From NCBI GenBank assembly GCA_033442325.1, contig JAWQFM010000003.1, positions 1,094,663-1,158,662 of the forward strand: a DNA stretch of 64,000 bases, written 5' to 3'. Of this stretch, positions 23,901 to 40,927 are shown piece by piece. The notes below the pieces were generated by a model, which was not told the origin of the DNA, ran no database searches, and saw nothing but the letters and a program-made list of their open reading frames with translations. The DNA is from Salpingoeca rosetta (taxonomy: Eukaryota > Protista > Choanoflagellata). Every line of letters begins with the position of its first letter. Positions within the stretch are counted from its first letter, which is position 1. The position numbers were made by a program, and so were the translations under genes.

Positions 23901-24157
23901 GTGCGTACACCGTAATGGCATGTCTGCGCTGTGGTGTGGACGTTTGTGATGCAATTTGCACAGTGTGTGTGTGTGTGTGCTCTCCTTGCTGAACTTGCCT
24001 CGAGTTCTTGTTTACTGACTTGCGTGCGCGTGCTCACCACTTGTTTCATTCGTGTGGGTTATACGTCGTACCAGGGCACTGCTTTGTGCTCATTCAAGGC
24101 CACGAACGGAAAGGCGGGCAGCGCGTGCCAGTCAACCAATTGCAGCCCATGCCATAA
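20882..24157 (+). CDS. TDRD3: TDRD3-like protein (OB-fold/RMI1_N, UBA, RGG region, Q-rich repeats, two Tudor-like domains), about 5 exons
   Basis: ALNTDLKKFG, LPGPLVLQVVSVRNIAAP, APRMLMVRLTDGH, APGTKI, NGFITL...VLGGKV..LYERW (OB fold); LVAMLAEMGFE..ATRALQATSNDIEAAISRL (UBA); ALFYDDGLVYPAQV...VQFEYYNN (Tudor). Confidence 0.9.
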
Positions 24158-24516
24158 AGTGTTGTGGGTGTGATGTTGTGTGCTGTGATGTTGTGTGGTC
24201 TTGTCATTGAGAATGCTCGATGTCTTCCTTGTGTGGCATGTGTTTGTATATGTGCACGACTGGTCCTGAACATTGAAGTGAACTGGAAGCGGAAGCGAGC
24301 AGAAGAGAACATGCAAGCACACACACACACACCAAAAGCAGAAGAGAACATGCAAGCACACACACACACGCACACACACACACACAGAAGAAGTGAAGCA
24401 ACTTTCCGTTTTCTGCTTTTGCGTTGTTGGCAAAGACACAACAACCACGAAGGCACTTCACACAGACTTCACATCACACGTCACAGCTGCACTCGCTCGC
24501 CTTGACGAAGGCCACG

Positions 24517-24693
24517 ATGTTCGCGTCGCTCAAGTCTCTGTTGTCTGGTGCTGGGGATCCCAACTTCCCCTTCTCGCCCGGTGACGTGACCGACGCTGCC
24601 ACAGAGAGCCGGCTATGGACAATGCGGCGCGGTACAGGCAAGGTATGCAGGCCACTGTGCTGTTTTGTGTGTGTGTGTGTGCTTTGTGTGTGC

Positions 24694-24754
<61 letters not shown>

Positions 24755-24783
24755 TGTGTGTGCTTGTGTGTGCTTGTGTGTGC

Positions 24784-24836
<53 letters not shown>

Positions 24837-27544
24837 TGTCCTTTCTTCCCCGTCTCCCCGTCTCCCCGTCTCCCCGTCTCCCCGTCTCTCCGTCTCTCCG
24901 TCTCCCCGTCTCTCCGTCTCTCCGTCTCTCCGTCTCTCCGTCTCCCCGTGTCCTCGTGCCGCTGTGTCTCCGTGTCAACCTCCTCACCTTTTCCTCTTTG
25001 GTGCGCGCAGGATGGGAAGGAGGTGACCATCTTCGAGTTGAACAAGAAGACCGCAACAGAGGAGCAGGTCTGTACACATGCGCATGCGCTGGTGAGGGCC
25101 GACCACAGGCACAGACCACACTCGGTTTGCATCATTGCCGTCGCTACGGCTCACTATGCGCGATGCACACCACCATGATGTACTGCTTGATGTGTGCGTG
25201 CCCGGCTGCAGGTGAAAGCGGCACAGCACGCTGTAAAGCGCCTGAAGACTGTCCGGCACCCCAACGTGCTGACCTACCTCGGCGCTACAGAAGTGTGTGT
25301 GTATGTGTGTGCATGTGTGTGTGTGTATGTGTGTGTGTATGTGTATGCTTGTGTGTGTATGTGTGTGTGTGTGTGTCGTGTGTTGTTGGGTGACACGTGC
25401 AAAGACAAGCGTGTACGAACACGTTGCACCCCGTATCGTGCACCAGCACGGACACTCACACACATTCTCTTCTTGGGCAGACGGAGGCAGCGGTTCTGTT
25501 GGCGACGGAAGCGGTCACCCCCTTATCCAAGGCGTTGGCAGAGGAAGACAACGAGCAGGGAAAGTCGTGGGGACTCTTCCAAATCCTGGTATGTGTCGTG
25601 CAGCACACACACACATGCCTACTTCGTGATCCTCGCAGTCAGCAGCTGGTCCAATCTGTGCTGGTGCCGCGAAGCTGTCACGAACCACTCCTCACACATG
25701 CGCACATATGTGCACATACATACATGCAACAGAGTGCGATTGCATTCCTCTCAGAGAGCAAGCTTGTGCATCGAAACTTGTGCTTGGATGCAGTGTTTGT
25801 CAACCAAGAAGGCGACTGGAAGCTGGTATGCGCGTGTGTGCGCGTGTGTGCGTGTATTTGCGTGCGTGTGTGTTTGTGTGTGTGTATGTGTGTGAATGTG
25901 TGTGTGTGCATGAATGGCTGACTGTACGGCGTGTTCTGGCGTGCGGAGTTGATTGCCATCTTGTTGCCTGTTCACCTGCAACACCAACAGGCCGGATTTG
26001 AGCGCCTCGCACCGTCAGGCACCAACGTCAACGACCTGGTAACCCCAAAACAACAACAGTGTGCAGTGCCCATAACACCGCCCGTGCATTGCATCGCATC
26101 CCACAAACACTTGCGCATGCACACTTGTGTACACGCTCACATATTGACATCACACACACACAATTATATCTTCACACACACGCACACACACACACACACA
26201 CTGCATGCGTGCACTTGCAGCCGCTGCCTGTCGCCGAGCAGTACAAGTGCCCCGAGGATCTCAAGGGCCAGTCTGGCCGCGGCCATCCATGGTGCAAAAA
26301 GCGAGAGGGGAGGCCGGGCGAGGGGTGCGGGAGTTCATATCTGTGTGTCGTGTGCGTATGTCGTGTGCGTATGTCGTGTGCGTGTATGTGTGCGTGCGTA
26401 TGTCGTGTGCGTATGTCGTGTGCGTGTATGTGTGCGTGCGTATGTCGTGTGCGTACGTGCGTGTGTGCATGTTGTGTGGCTTGCACGTTGCTTGTATGTG
26501 GGTGTGACACATGCCTGTGGCTGCATCCACACTTGTGTCTGGTGCGTGTGTGTGTGCATGGGTGAGTGGAGCAGCGTTCCCCCGGCATCGTGCTGCATAC
26601 ACTCTGCTCACGATGATTGCTGTGTTGCTGGCTGGATGGCCAGGTCTGCGGACATGTGGGGGTTTGGATGCCTCATCTGGGAGGTGCACAGCGGACGATT
26701 GAACGATGCGACGCAGCTCAAGAACGTGGACGATCTTCCTCGCTCCATCATCCCTCACTACGTCTCTCTCGTCAGGTGTGTGTGTGTGTGTCTAGGTGTG
26801 TCATGGGCCGTCTGGTTGGGGAGCACCGCCTGTGTTGTACGCCAATGTTTCGTTGGCATTGTTACATTGCTTGTTGTTGTTTGTCAAATCACCTCTTGCG
26901 GTCAAGCCCCACCCCCAATGTCACCCACACCCACCATGCTTCATCCCCAACCGCCTCATGCGACCGACTACCCGCGCATTTGCTTACTTGCTTCCTCGCC
27001 TGCATTCCATCGTGGCAGTGCCAATCCCCGCCAGCGCCCAAAGCCGGCGGTCCTGCTGAAGGAAGCGCGAGAGCCAGGCTCCTTCTTCAAGAACGACTTT
27101 GTTGACACCAACCTCTTCCTCGGCGAACTGGCAGTCAAGGACAAGGAGCAAGTGCAGTCCTTCTATCAGCGCCTCCCCGACGTGAGCATGCGTGCATTGT
27201 GTGTGTGTGCATTGTGTGTGCCGCGTGTGTGTATGCTCGTGTGTGTATGTACCTGCATGTGTGTGCATGTGTGTGTGTGTGCATGCATTGTGTGTGTTGT
27301 GTGTATGTGAGTGTGCGTATGTGTGCGCATTGTGAGTGAGTGAGTGTGTGTGTGTGTGTGTGTGACTGGCCGTAAGTTATGTTCAATCGTGTTGTGTGAT
27401 TCACCAGCCCCTTCTATTTGATCTTGAGTTCAGATGATTGATGACTTCCCTCCATCGCTGTGCAAGACAAAGCTGCTGCCACAACTCTTGCAAGCATTCC
27501 AGTACGGCGGCGCCGGCAAGTACCACACACACACACACATACAC

Positions 27545-27595
<51 letters not shown>

Positions 27596-29195
27596 CCGAC
27601 CGCTGACACCATGTGAATACAATGCAGTCTGCGTTCGTTCCAACTGACCAAGAGCGCCCACACGCGTGCGTGTTTGCTTCAACGCGCCTGTTGTCGTTGC
27701 TGTCGCCATGGCTGTGAATGAATGCAGGTTATCAGGTGTTGGCGCCCATGCTCAAGATTGGGAAAATGCTCGACGCAGAGGAGTACCAGGTACTCGCATG
27801 CACGTGTGTGTGTACCTGTGCGTGATTCTGTACGCATTGTGCGTTCATATGCATGGTCTTTGCTACCATGATGGCTGATCACCACAAGCCGCAACCATCC
27901 ATACACACACACACACGCCCCTGCTCACCACATGCGCATCATCGCCCCCTCTGTCCCTCGGTCCATATTGACAGCAACGGATCGTGCCGAGTCTCGTGCA
28001 GCTGTTCGGCTCGCCCGACCGCGCCACACGCATCTCGCTCCTGAAGAAGCTGCCAGACTTTATTCAGTACCTCTCCAACCAAGGTACCCGCACGCTGTCG
28101 TGTTGGGCGCATGTGTTGTTCTCGCTTGTGAGAGGGAGCGAGGTGCCACGCAGACGCGGCGGGAAACAGTCCTGGAGACAGACAAGGCATGCATATCGCA
28201 CCTTTGTCCCCGCTGGTTCTGCGCTGGTTGTCAACTCAAGCGAGCAGGGAACTGATTGACTCTCGATTCACAACACCTTCTTGCATGTCGTCCACTTGCC
28301 GCGTGCGGTTTGTTGTCGCAAACCACCATCGTGATGACCACAAATGCAGTTGTTTCAAAGGACATTTTCCCGCCTGTTGCCAACGGGTTCAACGACACCG
28401 TCCCCGCAGTGCGAGAAGAGGTGCGTTGTACAGGCAAATTGTGGGTGTGCGTATGTGTGTATGTTGTGTTCATGAATGTGTGCGTGTGTGTATCTGTGCG
28501 CATAATGTGTGTATCTGTGTGCATGTTGTTGAGCTTCAGCTTGATGCCATTTGCTTTTTCTACAACCAGCGCACCCTCACGCCATACACGTGCACGCGGG
28601 CACACCCTCACGCCATACACGTGCACGCGGGCAGACGGTGAAATCGATGCTGCTGCTGGCGCCCAAGCTGTCGCCATCCATTCTGGACGGTTCGCTCTGT
28701 GTGTGTGTGCGTGTATGTGTGTGTATGCGTGTATGCTTGTATGTGTGTGTATGCGTGTATGCGTGTGTGTGTGCATACGTGTATGCGTGTATGCGTGTGT
28801 GTCTGTCTGTGAACGTTTGCATGGACAGCTTCATGCACTGGTGGTGTTGCGTTCACTCTCTCAAACGACACGCGGCATTGGAGTTGCATCAGCAGTAATC
28901 TCACTTCGCACGCATGGCATGCTTCTCGCGTGCTTGTGTTGATGTGTTCAGGCGGACGAACGCCCCTCCATCCGCACCAACACGACCATCTGTCTTGGCA
29001 AAATCGCACCGCACCTCAGCCCGGCCACGCGCGCGAAAGTTCTAGTCCCAGCGTTCCTCAGGGTCAGCGGCGTGTGTCTTTTGCTTCGCTTTGTTTTGTT
29101 TTGCGTGTGTGTTTGTGGGCGCGTGTGTAGATACCCACGTGTGCACACACACCAATGACTGCTTGTTGACGATCATCAAAACCTCATTGCACTTC

Positions 29196-29243
<48 letters not shown>

Positions 29244-29806
29244 ACGGCGCACGAGCAGGCGCTGAAGGATCCATTTGTACACACGCGCGCTGCGGGTGTG
29301 ATGGCGCTGCTGGCGACTGTTGAGTTTTATTCGCCCAAAGTGTGCGCGGGCCGCATCTTGCCCACCGTCGCCCCGCTTGCAGTCGACCAGGCAGGCGCCG
29401 TCAGAACACAAGGTGTGGTGTGGTGTGGTGTGGTGTGGTTTTGGATGGAACAATTCTTGTTTGAGTTGTGATGCATGCGTACATGAGCGCGCGCTTTTGG
29501 TGCTGCATGTGTGCATGTGTGTGTGTGTGTGGGTTGAGCAGTTACATTTCCTCGACACCACCGCTGACATTGCGTTCACGGCCACGTCGGCATGTCGTCT
29601 GCAGTGTTGCGACTGATCCGCACGCTTGTGGACCGTCTTGAAGAGAACAGCAAAACCCTCGCCAAGGTCAGTCAGCACTTGACACACATATCACACACAT
29701 TGCCCATCACACACTTGCACACACTGTGCCTAGCTTCACGTGAGTGCTCATATGTTACGTGTCGGTAATTCAACTCGGGTGTGGCTTGCAGGAGGAAGAA
29801 CAGCAG

Positions 29807-29862
<56 letters not shown>

Positions 29863-30366
29863 GCAGCAGGACACCCAGCAGGGCGGTCAAGGTCAGCCCG
29901 GTGAACAGCAGCATCTTGCCAAGGGCGCGCAGGCGATGTTTGGCTGGGCAAGCACAGCTGTTGGTGGCCTGGCAAAGCAAGCACTCTCTGGCCGAGGTGA
30001 GAGGGGAGCAGCAACAACAGCAGCAACAACAGCAGCAACAGCAACAGCGAGCAGGGGCACAGGCGCTGTGCAGGGGTCACAAGAGCGCGGGCTTGGTGCT
30101 GATGAGGATGAAGATGAGGATGACGAATGGCACGACTGCGTGGAGCCGCCGTCTCGCTTGGATGTGCGTATCACACGACTTTGGCTGCGGAAGAAGTGGA
30201 GAGGGGATCGTTTTGATGGTGGTGGTGGCAGTGGTGGGTGGTGGTGGTGGTGGGTGCTGACTGATGCTTTAGAAGTGATGGTCCGATGATGCCTCGTTGT
30301 TCATGCGCGAACATACATGCAGTTACGTCACGTCTTACACTCACATCACACGCACCCCCTCCCCCC

Positions 30367-30401
<35 letters not shown>

Positions 30402-30934
30402 GCGCGCGCGCCACGGCCTAGGTGATGCCTGCTGTTGGAGAGGAGCAAGGCAGTGATGGGTGGGGTGATGACGACAATTGGAGTGACATTGATGGCGGTG
30501 ACGCTGATGATGATGGTGATGGTGATGGTGTTGGCGGTTTGAAGAATTCTCAATCGACACAGCACACGTCCTTGCACATGGCCCGCGCCGCCAACGACGA
30601 TGCTGATGGGTGGGGTGACGACGGAGATGGGTGGGGTGATGATGACGATGACAATAGCGGATGGGACGCCATGGAGAACGACGATGACGACGACGGCAGT
30701 GATGCGGAAGCGCAGCGCCGGGAGCTTGAGCGCCAGGCCGCCGCTGAACGGCGCGCGCAGGAAAGGGAGCGCAGACGGCAGGAACGACTGCAGGCGCGGC
30801 AGGCCAAGTTGTCGTCAGGCACAGCAGGGGCAGGCGATCGTGGTGGCAGCGGTGGCGGTGGCGGCGGCGGTGGCGGTGCGATGAAGCTGACCCGCAAGAA
30901 GAAAGGCCTTGGCGCCGTCAAGAAGGTGGACTAG
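24517..30934 (+). CDS. SCYL1: SCYL1/NTKL pseudokinase with HEAT repeats, about 18 or more exons, C-terminus KKVD
   Basis: [111 protein letters not shown] acidic repeats and MKL...LGAVKKVD. Confidence 0.93.
24851..24948. repeat. Intronic 8-bp minisatellite (CGTCTCCC/CGTCTCTC)n in SCYL1 intron 1
   Basis: Directly visible, about 12 units. Confidence 0.9.
28572..28633. repeat. 31-bp tandem duplication just upstream of a SCYL1 acceptor
   Basis: CACCCTCACGCCATACACGTGCACGCGGGCA occurs twice; only the second copy is followed by G to make the CAG acceptor. Confidence 0.9.
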
Positions 30935-31853
30935 CGAGCAAGCAACGAAGATCAGAGCAAGTGGACATAAACGGCAACCCTTGCGTGTGTGCGTGTGTAC
31001 ATGTGCGACACATGTGTGTGTGTGTGTGTTTGTGGACTGTGGCTTCACATCAACAGTAAATGCATAGTCAGCAGCAGCAGCAGCAGCAGCAGCAGCGAGC
31101 GGTTGCAGTGGAGCGCTCCACGCGAGTCCACACACCTGTCACAACCCCACCCTTCGCCCAACAAGCGCATTGTACCGAATATTAGTTGAAATCATTGGTG
31201 AACATTCGCTTGTTTACATTTTGCACGCTGCTCCAGCTGGCTGAATTGCGCGGAAACACACCAGAAGAAGCAAAGAAGAAAAAAACCGTTCTTGCGCCGT
31301 GTTGTGCGTGCTGTGCGTTGCTGGGTGTGTGTTTGATCTCAGCCCCGCACTGCTTACCGGTGTGCGTGTGCGTGTTATTTTTCCTCGCACCCGCCACTCC
31401 CTCGCGCTCTCTCTTTCCCGTGCCTCATCTGCACGTTCCCGTGTGAGTGTCTACTTCTTACCTGCTCCACGACCCAACAAAGCAAAAGAGCAAACGCTGC
31501 ATCGCTCTCTTTGAAGAAGCAACAAGCAAGCGTGAGTTTGCCCTATTTTTCTTTCTTCTTGAAGTCTTTCGGGTGGATTGCGTAGCTGTGTTTGAGCACC
31601 TCTCCATATCTGCTGGTGCTGGCTGCTGTGGCAGTTGTGTTTGTTTGTATTCGCGTGCATGGTTCAACCAACACTCCATCTCATCCCTCCTCCTCCTCTA
31701 TCCCATTGCGCTTGTCATTTGCCCATTGCTTATCGTTGGCCTTTCGTTGGGTTCCCCCCGCCACACTTTGCTGTTTGCTGATCCGGCATCCCCCTTGCAG
31801 CGCCACACGAAGTAATCCCAGAACTCCACCACCACCTACCCACCGCAAGCAAG

Positions 31854-32080
31854 ATGGGCAAACTCTTCCGAGAGTACCTGAACAACAGCTGCGTGTATTC
31901 GTGCTCCAACTGTCACACCCACCTGGCCGCAGAGGATGCCCTCGTCTCAAAGGTGTGGGTGGTACATATGGTCGGCACCGACTCCGGTTCTCGACATGTT
32001 CTCGTCTCCGCTCTTCGCCATATCCCCCTTGACCTACCTGTTGAATTGAGTTTCATCCGCCAAGAACCGATCATATGATG

Positions 32081-32145
<65 letters not shown>

Positions 32146-32906
32146 CGTGCCTTTTATTGCCATGTGCCGTTTGTTTCTCCTCCATATCTCCTCCACTTCT
32201 CCTCACGGCTCGCCTCTTTCGTGTTTCCCCCCCCCCAACTTCATTGCTTCACTTCTCCCCGTTGCTGTTGCTCAGGCCTTCCAAGGGCGCCTCGGCCGTG
32301 CCTACCTCTTCAACGAAGTGTAAGTACACACGCATGCAAGCTGCTTGGTGCTCGTACATCCAACCTACCTCCCTTCCGCATCGCGGTGGTGCCATTGGAA
32401 CTGGTTCCTGTGCTTTTCGGCGCGCTCACAACATGGGCTCATACATGTGCACGTTTGCTTTGTTGTATGTGTGTGTGCGTTTGTGTGCGCTTGTGTGCTT
32501 GCACACGCGCGTGTGGGTTTCAGGGTGAATATTGAATGCGGACCTGCAGAGGAAAAGATGCTCATGACGGGGCTTCACTCCATCCGCGATGTCCACTGCT
32601 CACATTGCCGCGCCTATCTCGGCTGGAAATACGTACGTTGTTATGGCTATGTGTGTGTGTGTGTGCGTGTGTAACACTACGTGTTTGCGTCCATGTGTGT
32701 TTGTTTATTTTGTGGTAAGTGAGACTGTTGCGCGATCAATCATCCTGTTGCTCGTCTTGTCTCACTCACTCACTCACTCACTCACGTTCTTACACACACA
32801 TTCTTGCACTTGACAGGAGATGGCATTTGAGCAGGAACAGAAGTACAAAGTGGGCAAGGTCATCTTGGAGAAGGAGCACACACAAAAGGAAAACGGGTGG
32901 AGGTAG
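31854..32906 (+). CDS. Yippee-like (YPEL) Zn-binding protein, 4 exons (31854-31952, 32276-32319, 32524-32632, 32817-32906), 113 aa
   Basis: MGKLFREYL...YSCSNCHTHLA...SKAFQGRLGRAYLFNEVVN...LMTGLHSIRDVHCSHCRAYLGWKYEMAFEQEQKYKVGKVILE; all exon phases join. Confidence 0.96.
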
Positions 32907-33280
32907 TCCTCTTGTTCCTTTTGTTCCTCGTGTCCTTGCCCCCTTGCTTGCATTGTCATTCTCTCTTCTTTCCTCTTGTCTCTTGTCTCTCCTCCTCTCT
33001 CGTGTTTCTTCTCTCTTTGTCGCTTCTCTCTCCTCTTCCTCTTTTCTCGTGCTTTTCTGACCTACGATATGGAAACCCTTCTCTCTCTCCCCCTCGCTTT
33101 ATTGCGTTTTGATTCATCTTTCCTACTGCTGGCGGTGTACCATCTTCCCCTCCTATTCTCTACACGATCCTTCCTACTTGAGCACCCTTGCATCCGTACA
33201 TATCAGCACCTCGCGCGTTGGTTGGCAGAAATGCAAGTATCTGATTTCTCTTCCCCCCGCCCCCGGCCGCAACAGCAACC

Positions 33281-33380
33281 GTTCACTTGCGTTCACTTGC
33301 GTTCACTTGCGTTCACTTGCGTTCACTTGCGTTCACTTGCGTTCACCTGCGTTCACCTGCGTTCACCTGCGTGCACTTGC
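33281..33380. repeat. 10-bp minisatellite (GTTCACTTGC / GTTCACCTGC) x10 between the convergent YPEL and OsmC genes
   Basis: 6x GTTCACTTGC, 3x GTTCACCTGC, 1x GTGCACTTGC. Confidence 0.95.
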
Positions 33381-33740
33381 GTTCCACTTCTTTCTTTTTC
33401 CTAATGGCCCCAGAGACAGTTGCACTGCATCCAACTGTTGTGGCGATGCCCGCCCATCTTGTTTTATTTCCTCATTTTGCGTTTGCTTGCCCCTTGCTGT
33501 TTTCGCTTGCTTGCTCGCTCGCTTGCTTCACGTGTGTGCCGTCCCCCGCCATCATCTCTCATCATGGTCAGACATGTACTGGGGTTTATTGGTTGGGCAG
33601 TGCACGTGTGGTTTTATTCGCGCTCTATGCGCCTTGCCGTGCGTTTGCAATGCCATTGAAAGCAACGACACCAACTCAAGTTATCAACAGCCAGCCAAGA
33701 ACCAGCAACGAAACACACACACACACACACACACGCACAC

Positions 33741-33773
<33 letters not shown>

Positions 33774-34076
33774 GTGGTCTGGAGTCGTTGGATGCTCGAG
33801 GGGATGGAGGATGGTTTTTAATCATATAATCTCACTCGTTGTGTGGCCAGGAAAAAGATAATGGCCGTGTACAGAAACACACATTGACCAGCAATGACCA
33901 ACATGCACAACCACCCGGCCTCAGCGCCACCCAGACTACAGAGCAGAAGGAGCAAAGAACGAGGAAAAGGGAATAAGAAAGAACAAAGTCCCGCACACAA
34001 AGGCGCATCTCATGTCATGCCCAGCCAGGAGGGAGGCATGTGTTTCCTCCCTGTGGACAGGGGATGCCGGGTTTGA

Positions 34077-35193
34077 TTACGACTGCTCCACGGCTTCATC
34101 CTTGAACTCATTCACGTGAACAAGCGTCTCTGTGGTCATGGTCTTGTGGACGGGGCACGAGTTGGCAATCTTCATGAGCTTCTTGCGGTGCTCGTCTGTG
34201 AGGTTGGCGCCCTCCAGCTCAACGTCCATCTCAATCACGTCCACCCTGCCGGACGTGGAGTGGCACTCGTCGCAGTCCTTGGCCCATGTGCGCCCGTGCT
34301 TCACAAACACGCGCGACCGCTCAAGTGGAATGTTCTCCCGCGTAGCATACATCCTGTGTGATGCGTGTGTGTGTGAGTGAGTGAGTGAGTGAGTGTGTGT
34401 GTGTGAGTGTGAGTGAGGGTGTGAGTGTGTGTGAGGGTGTGTGTGTGTGGGGGGGGGGGAGGGGGGCGGTTACATGAGCGGTTGGACCCGTCTGGAAACG
34501 TGTAGGAAAGTTACGGTTGGTTGGGTACACAGACAAGGCATCAATCGAGGTGCGTGCGTGTGTGATCGAGCGTGATCGATGGTAACTTTGTCTCAGCGGC
34601 GCCAGAGTAAAGCACAACCACACACACATGCACACACACATGCACACACACACACATGCACACACAGGTGACATGGATGGTACGAACCTCATGGTCATGT
34701 TGGTGCATGTGCCGAGGGCGGAGAGAAGGAAGCCGTATGGGTTCATGCCTGTGTCGCAGCCGCCGTCGAATGTGCCGGGCTCATCGGCGAGTGTCTCGTG
34801 GCGACCATCGCTAATCCGGTTCTGTTGCCAAGAAAGGGAGAATAGAAGGAGAGAATAGAAGGGAGGAAAGATGCGAGACAAGGGGGGGGGGGTGGGCATC
34901 AGGTGACAACAATCCATACGTACATATATGGAGGAGCAGAATGCATGGCGAATGCGTGGCGAATGCAAGGCGAATACAAGGCGAACGCACACGGTAGCGC
35001 GCATGTGCACACAGACACGGCAGTTGGCAAGCGCACCTACCTGGTAGCGGCTTGCGCCGGTTTCCTCGACGACAATCCAGCCCTCGCGAGCATGGGCGGA
35101 CATGGTACGCTGGGTGGTTGACAGGCGGGAGGCGGCAGCGACAGCGGGGCGAACGCCAGCGGCGGCACGCGCAAACCGAGCAACGCGGAGCAT
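34077..35193 (-). CDS. OsmC/Ohr-superfamily (YhfA-type) protein with predicted mitochondrial transit peptide, 3 exons (35193-35041, 34821-34688, 34353-34077), 187 aa
   Basis: [10 protein letters not shown]...[64 protein letters not shown]. The first 30 aa ([16 protein letters not shown]...) are R/A-rich with no acidic residues. Confidence 0.9.
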
Positions 35194-35606
35194 CTTCGGA
35201 GGTTGTCAGGTGCGAGGAAAGGAAGGAAGCGAAAGTGTGCTGGCTGGCTGGAAGCGAGGTGGAAGCGAGGTGGGAGAAGAAGCAAAGCAATGTAGATGCG
35301 GATAGAAATGAAGCAAGGTTGTTGGCAGGCAATCGATCCACTCGCTTCTTGTCTTGTCCTCTCACCTGCAGAACGCCACAGACATGATGCCATCCATGAC
35401 GAAAAGCGTTTCGTTCTGTTCTTGGAAAATTGGATAAAATCTTTGCGAACAATCGCGGGAGTGGCGAGCGATGACGCAATTGCCATGAGTGTTTGCTTTG
35501 CGTCATGTGAGATTGCGAGTTTGGGGAGATGCTTGTCGTTTTGTGTGCTTGTTCAGTGTGGTTGGCTCGCTGTGAAGGTTGGTGTGTTTGTTTGAGCTAA
35601 CCTAAT

Positions 35607-35663
<57 letters not shown>

Positions 35664-36014
35664 ATGTCTCGTCTTGAGCGTGTTTTGTTTTTCATTGAAA
35701 GGAGGTCAAGAAATAACAAGAGGGAAGAACTCCGGCCAGCATCCACAACAGAACAGCCAGAGCACTAGAGCAAGACGGTCGTTGCAGGCAACTTCAATAC
35801 AAGGCAAGCAAGCAACAGGCGTGGCACACTGCAACAAACATCAGTTGTGCGTGATACTGATACATTACACACCCACCCACACTCACGTACACAACAACAA
35901 CACTCTCACCCCTGTCTGTCTCTCTCCTCAAGTGCCCCCACGCCCTCACACACGTCTTCACGGCAAGGGGAAAAAAAAAAAAGACTGGAACCTAAAGGGG
36001 AGCAAACGCAGAAA

Positions 36015-40265
<4,251 letters not shown>

Positions 40266-40756
40266 TATTGTGTTTGATGCAGTGCGGCGTGTGAATGTGT
40301 TTGTGTGTACGTGTGTCTTCTTCCTGTTGACTTCGAGTGGGTGCTGATGATGATAATGTGTTGGTGCTGATGTTTGGGGCAGTCGTCCTTGTTGGCGGTG
40401 TGGTTGGTAAATGGCATGGGCAATGGATGGCTGGTTGCTTGTTGTGTGATTGTGTGTGGCGTTTGCACTCACAAGAAGCAAGCAAGCAACAAGCAACGGC
40501 TTTTTGGCGATGTCGCATGCATGCGTGCGCGCGTGCAATTTGCTCCGAAGTGGCATTGTGCGTGCTGAGAGTGGCGTGCAACAGTGTCACATCACGATTC
40601 GCGCTCCGGAGTGGTAATTTCGAAAGACACATCATGAAAAGTCGTAGGAATGATGACTGCGCCGACACGCGACAGACAGAAAAATAGCGGATATGAAGCG
40701 CGGGCAAGCAAGCAAGCATTTTCCGCCAACCACCACAAACAACACAGAGGCTCAGT

Positions 40757-40857
<101 letters not shown>

Positions 40858-40927
40858 TTGTCACGCATACACACGACACACGCTCAGCCACCCTCACACG
40901 TACACACGAGACACACGCGCAGTCATC

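Noticed and set aside
33281-33380. Possible CRISPR array or telomeric repeat
   Set aside because: Contiguous 10-mers with no spacers, no cas genes, a eukaryotic context, and no telomere-like motif.
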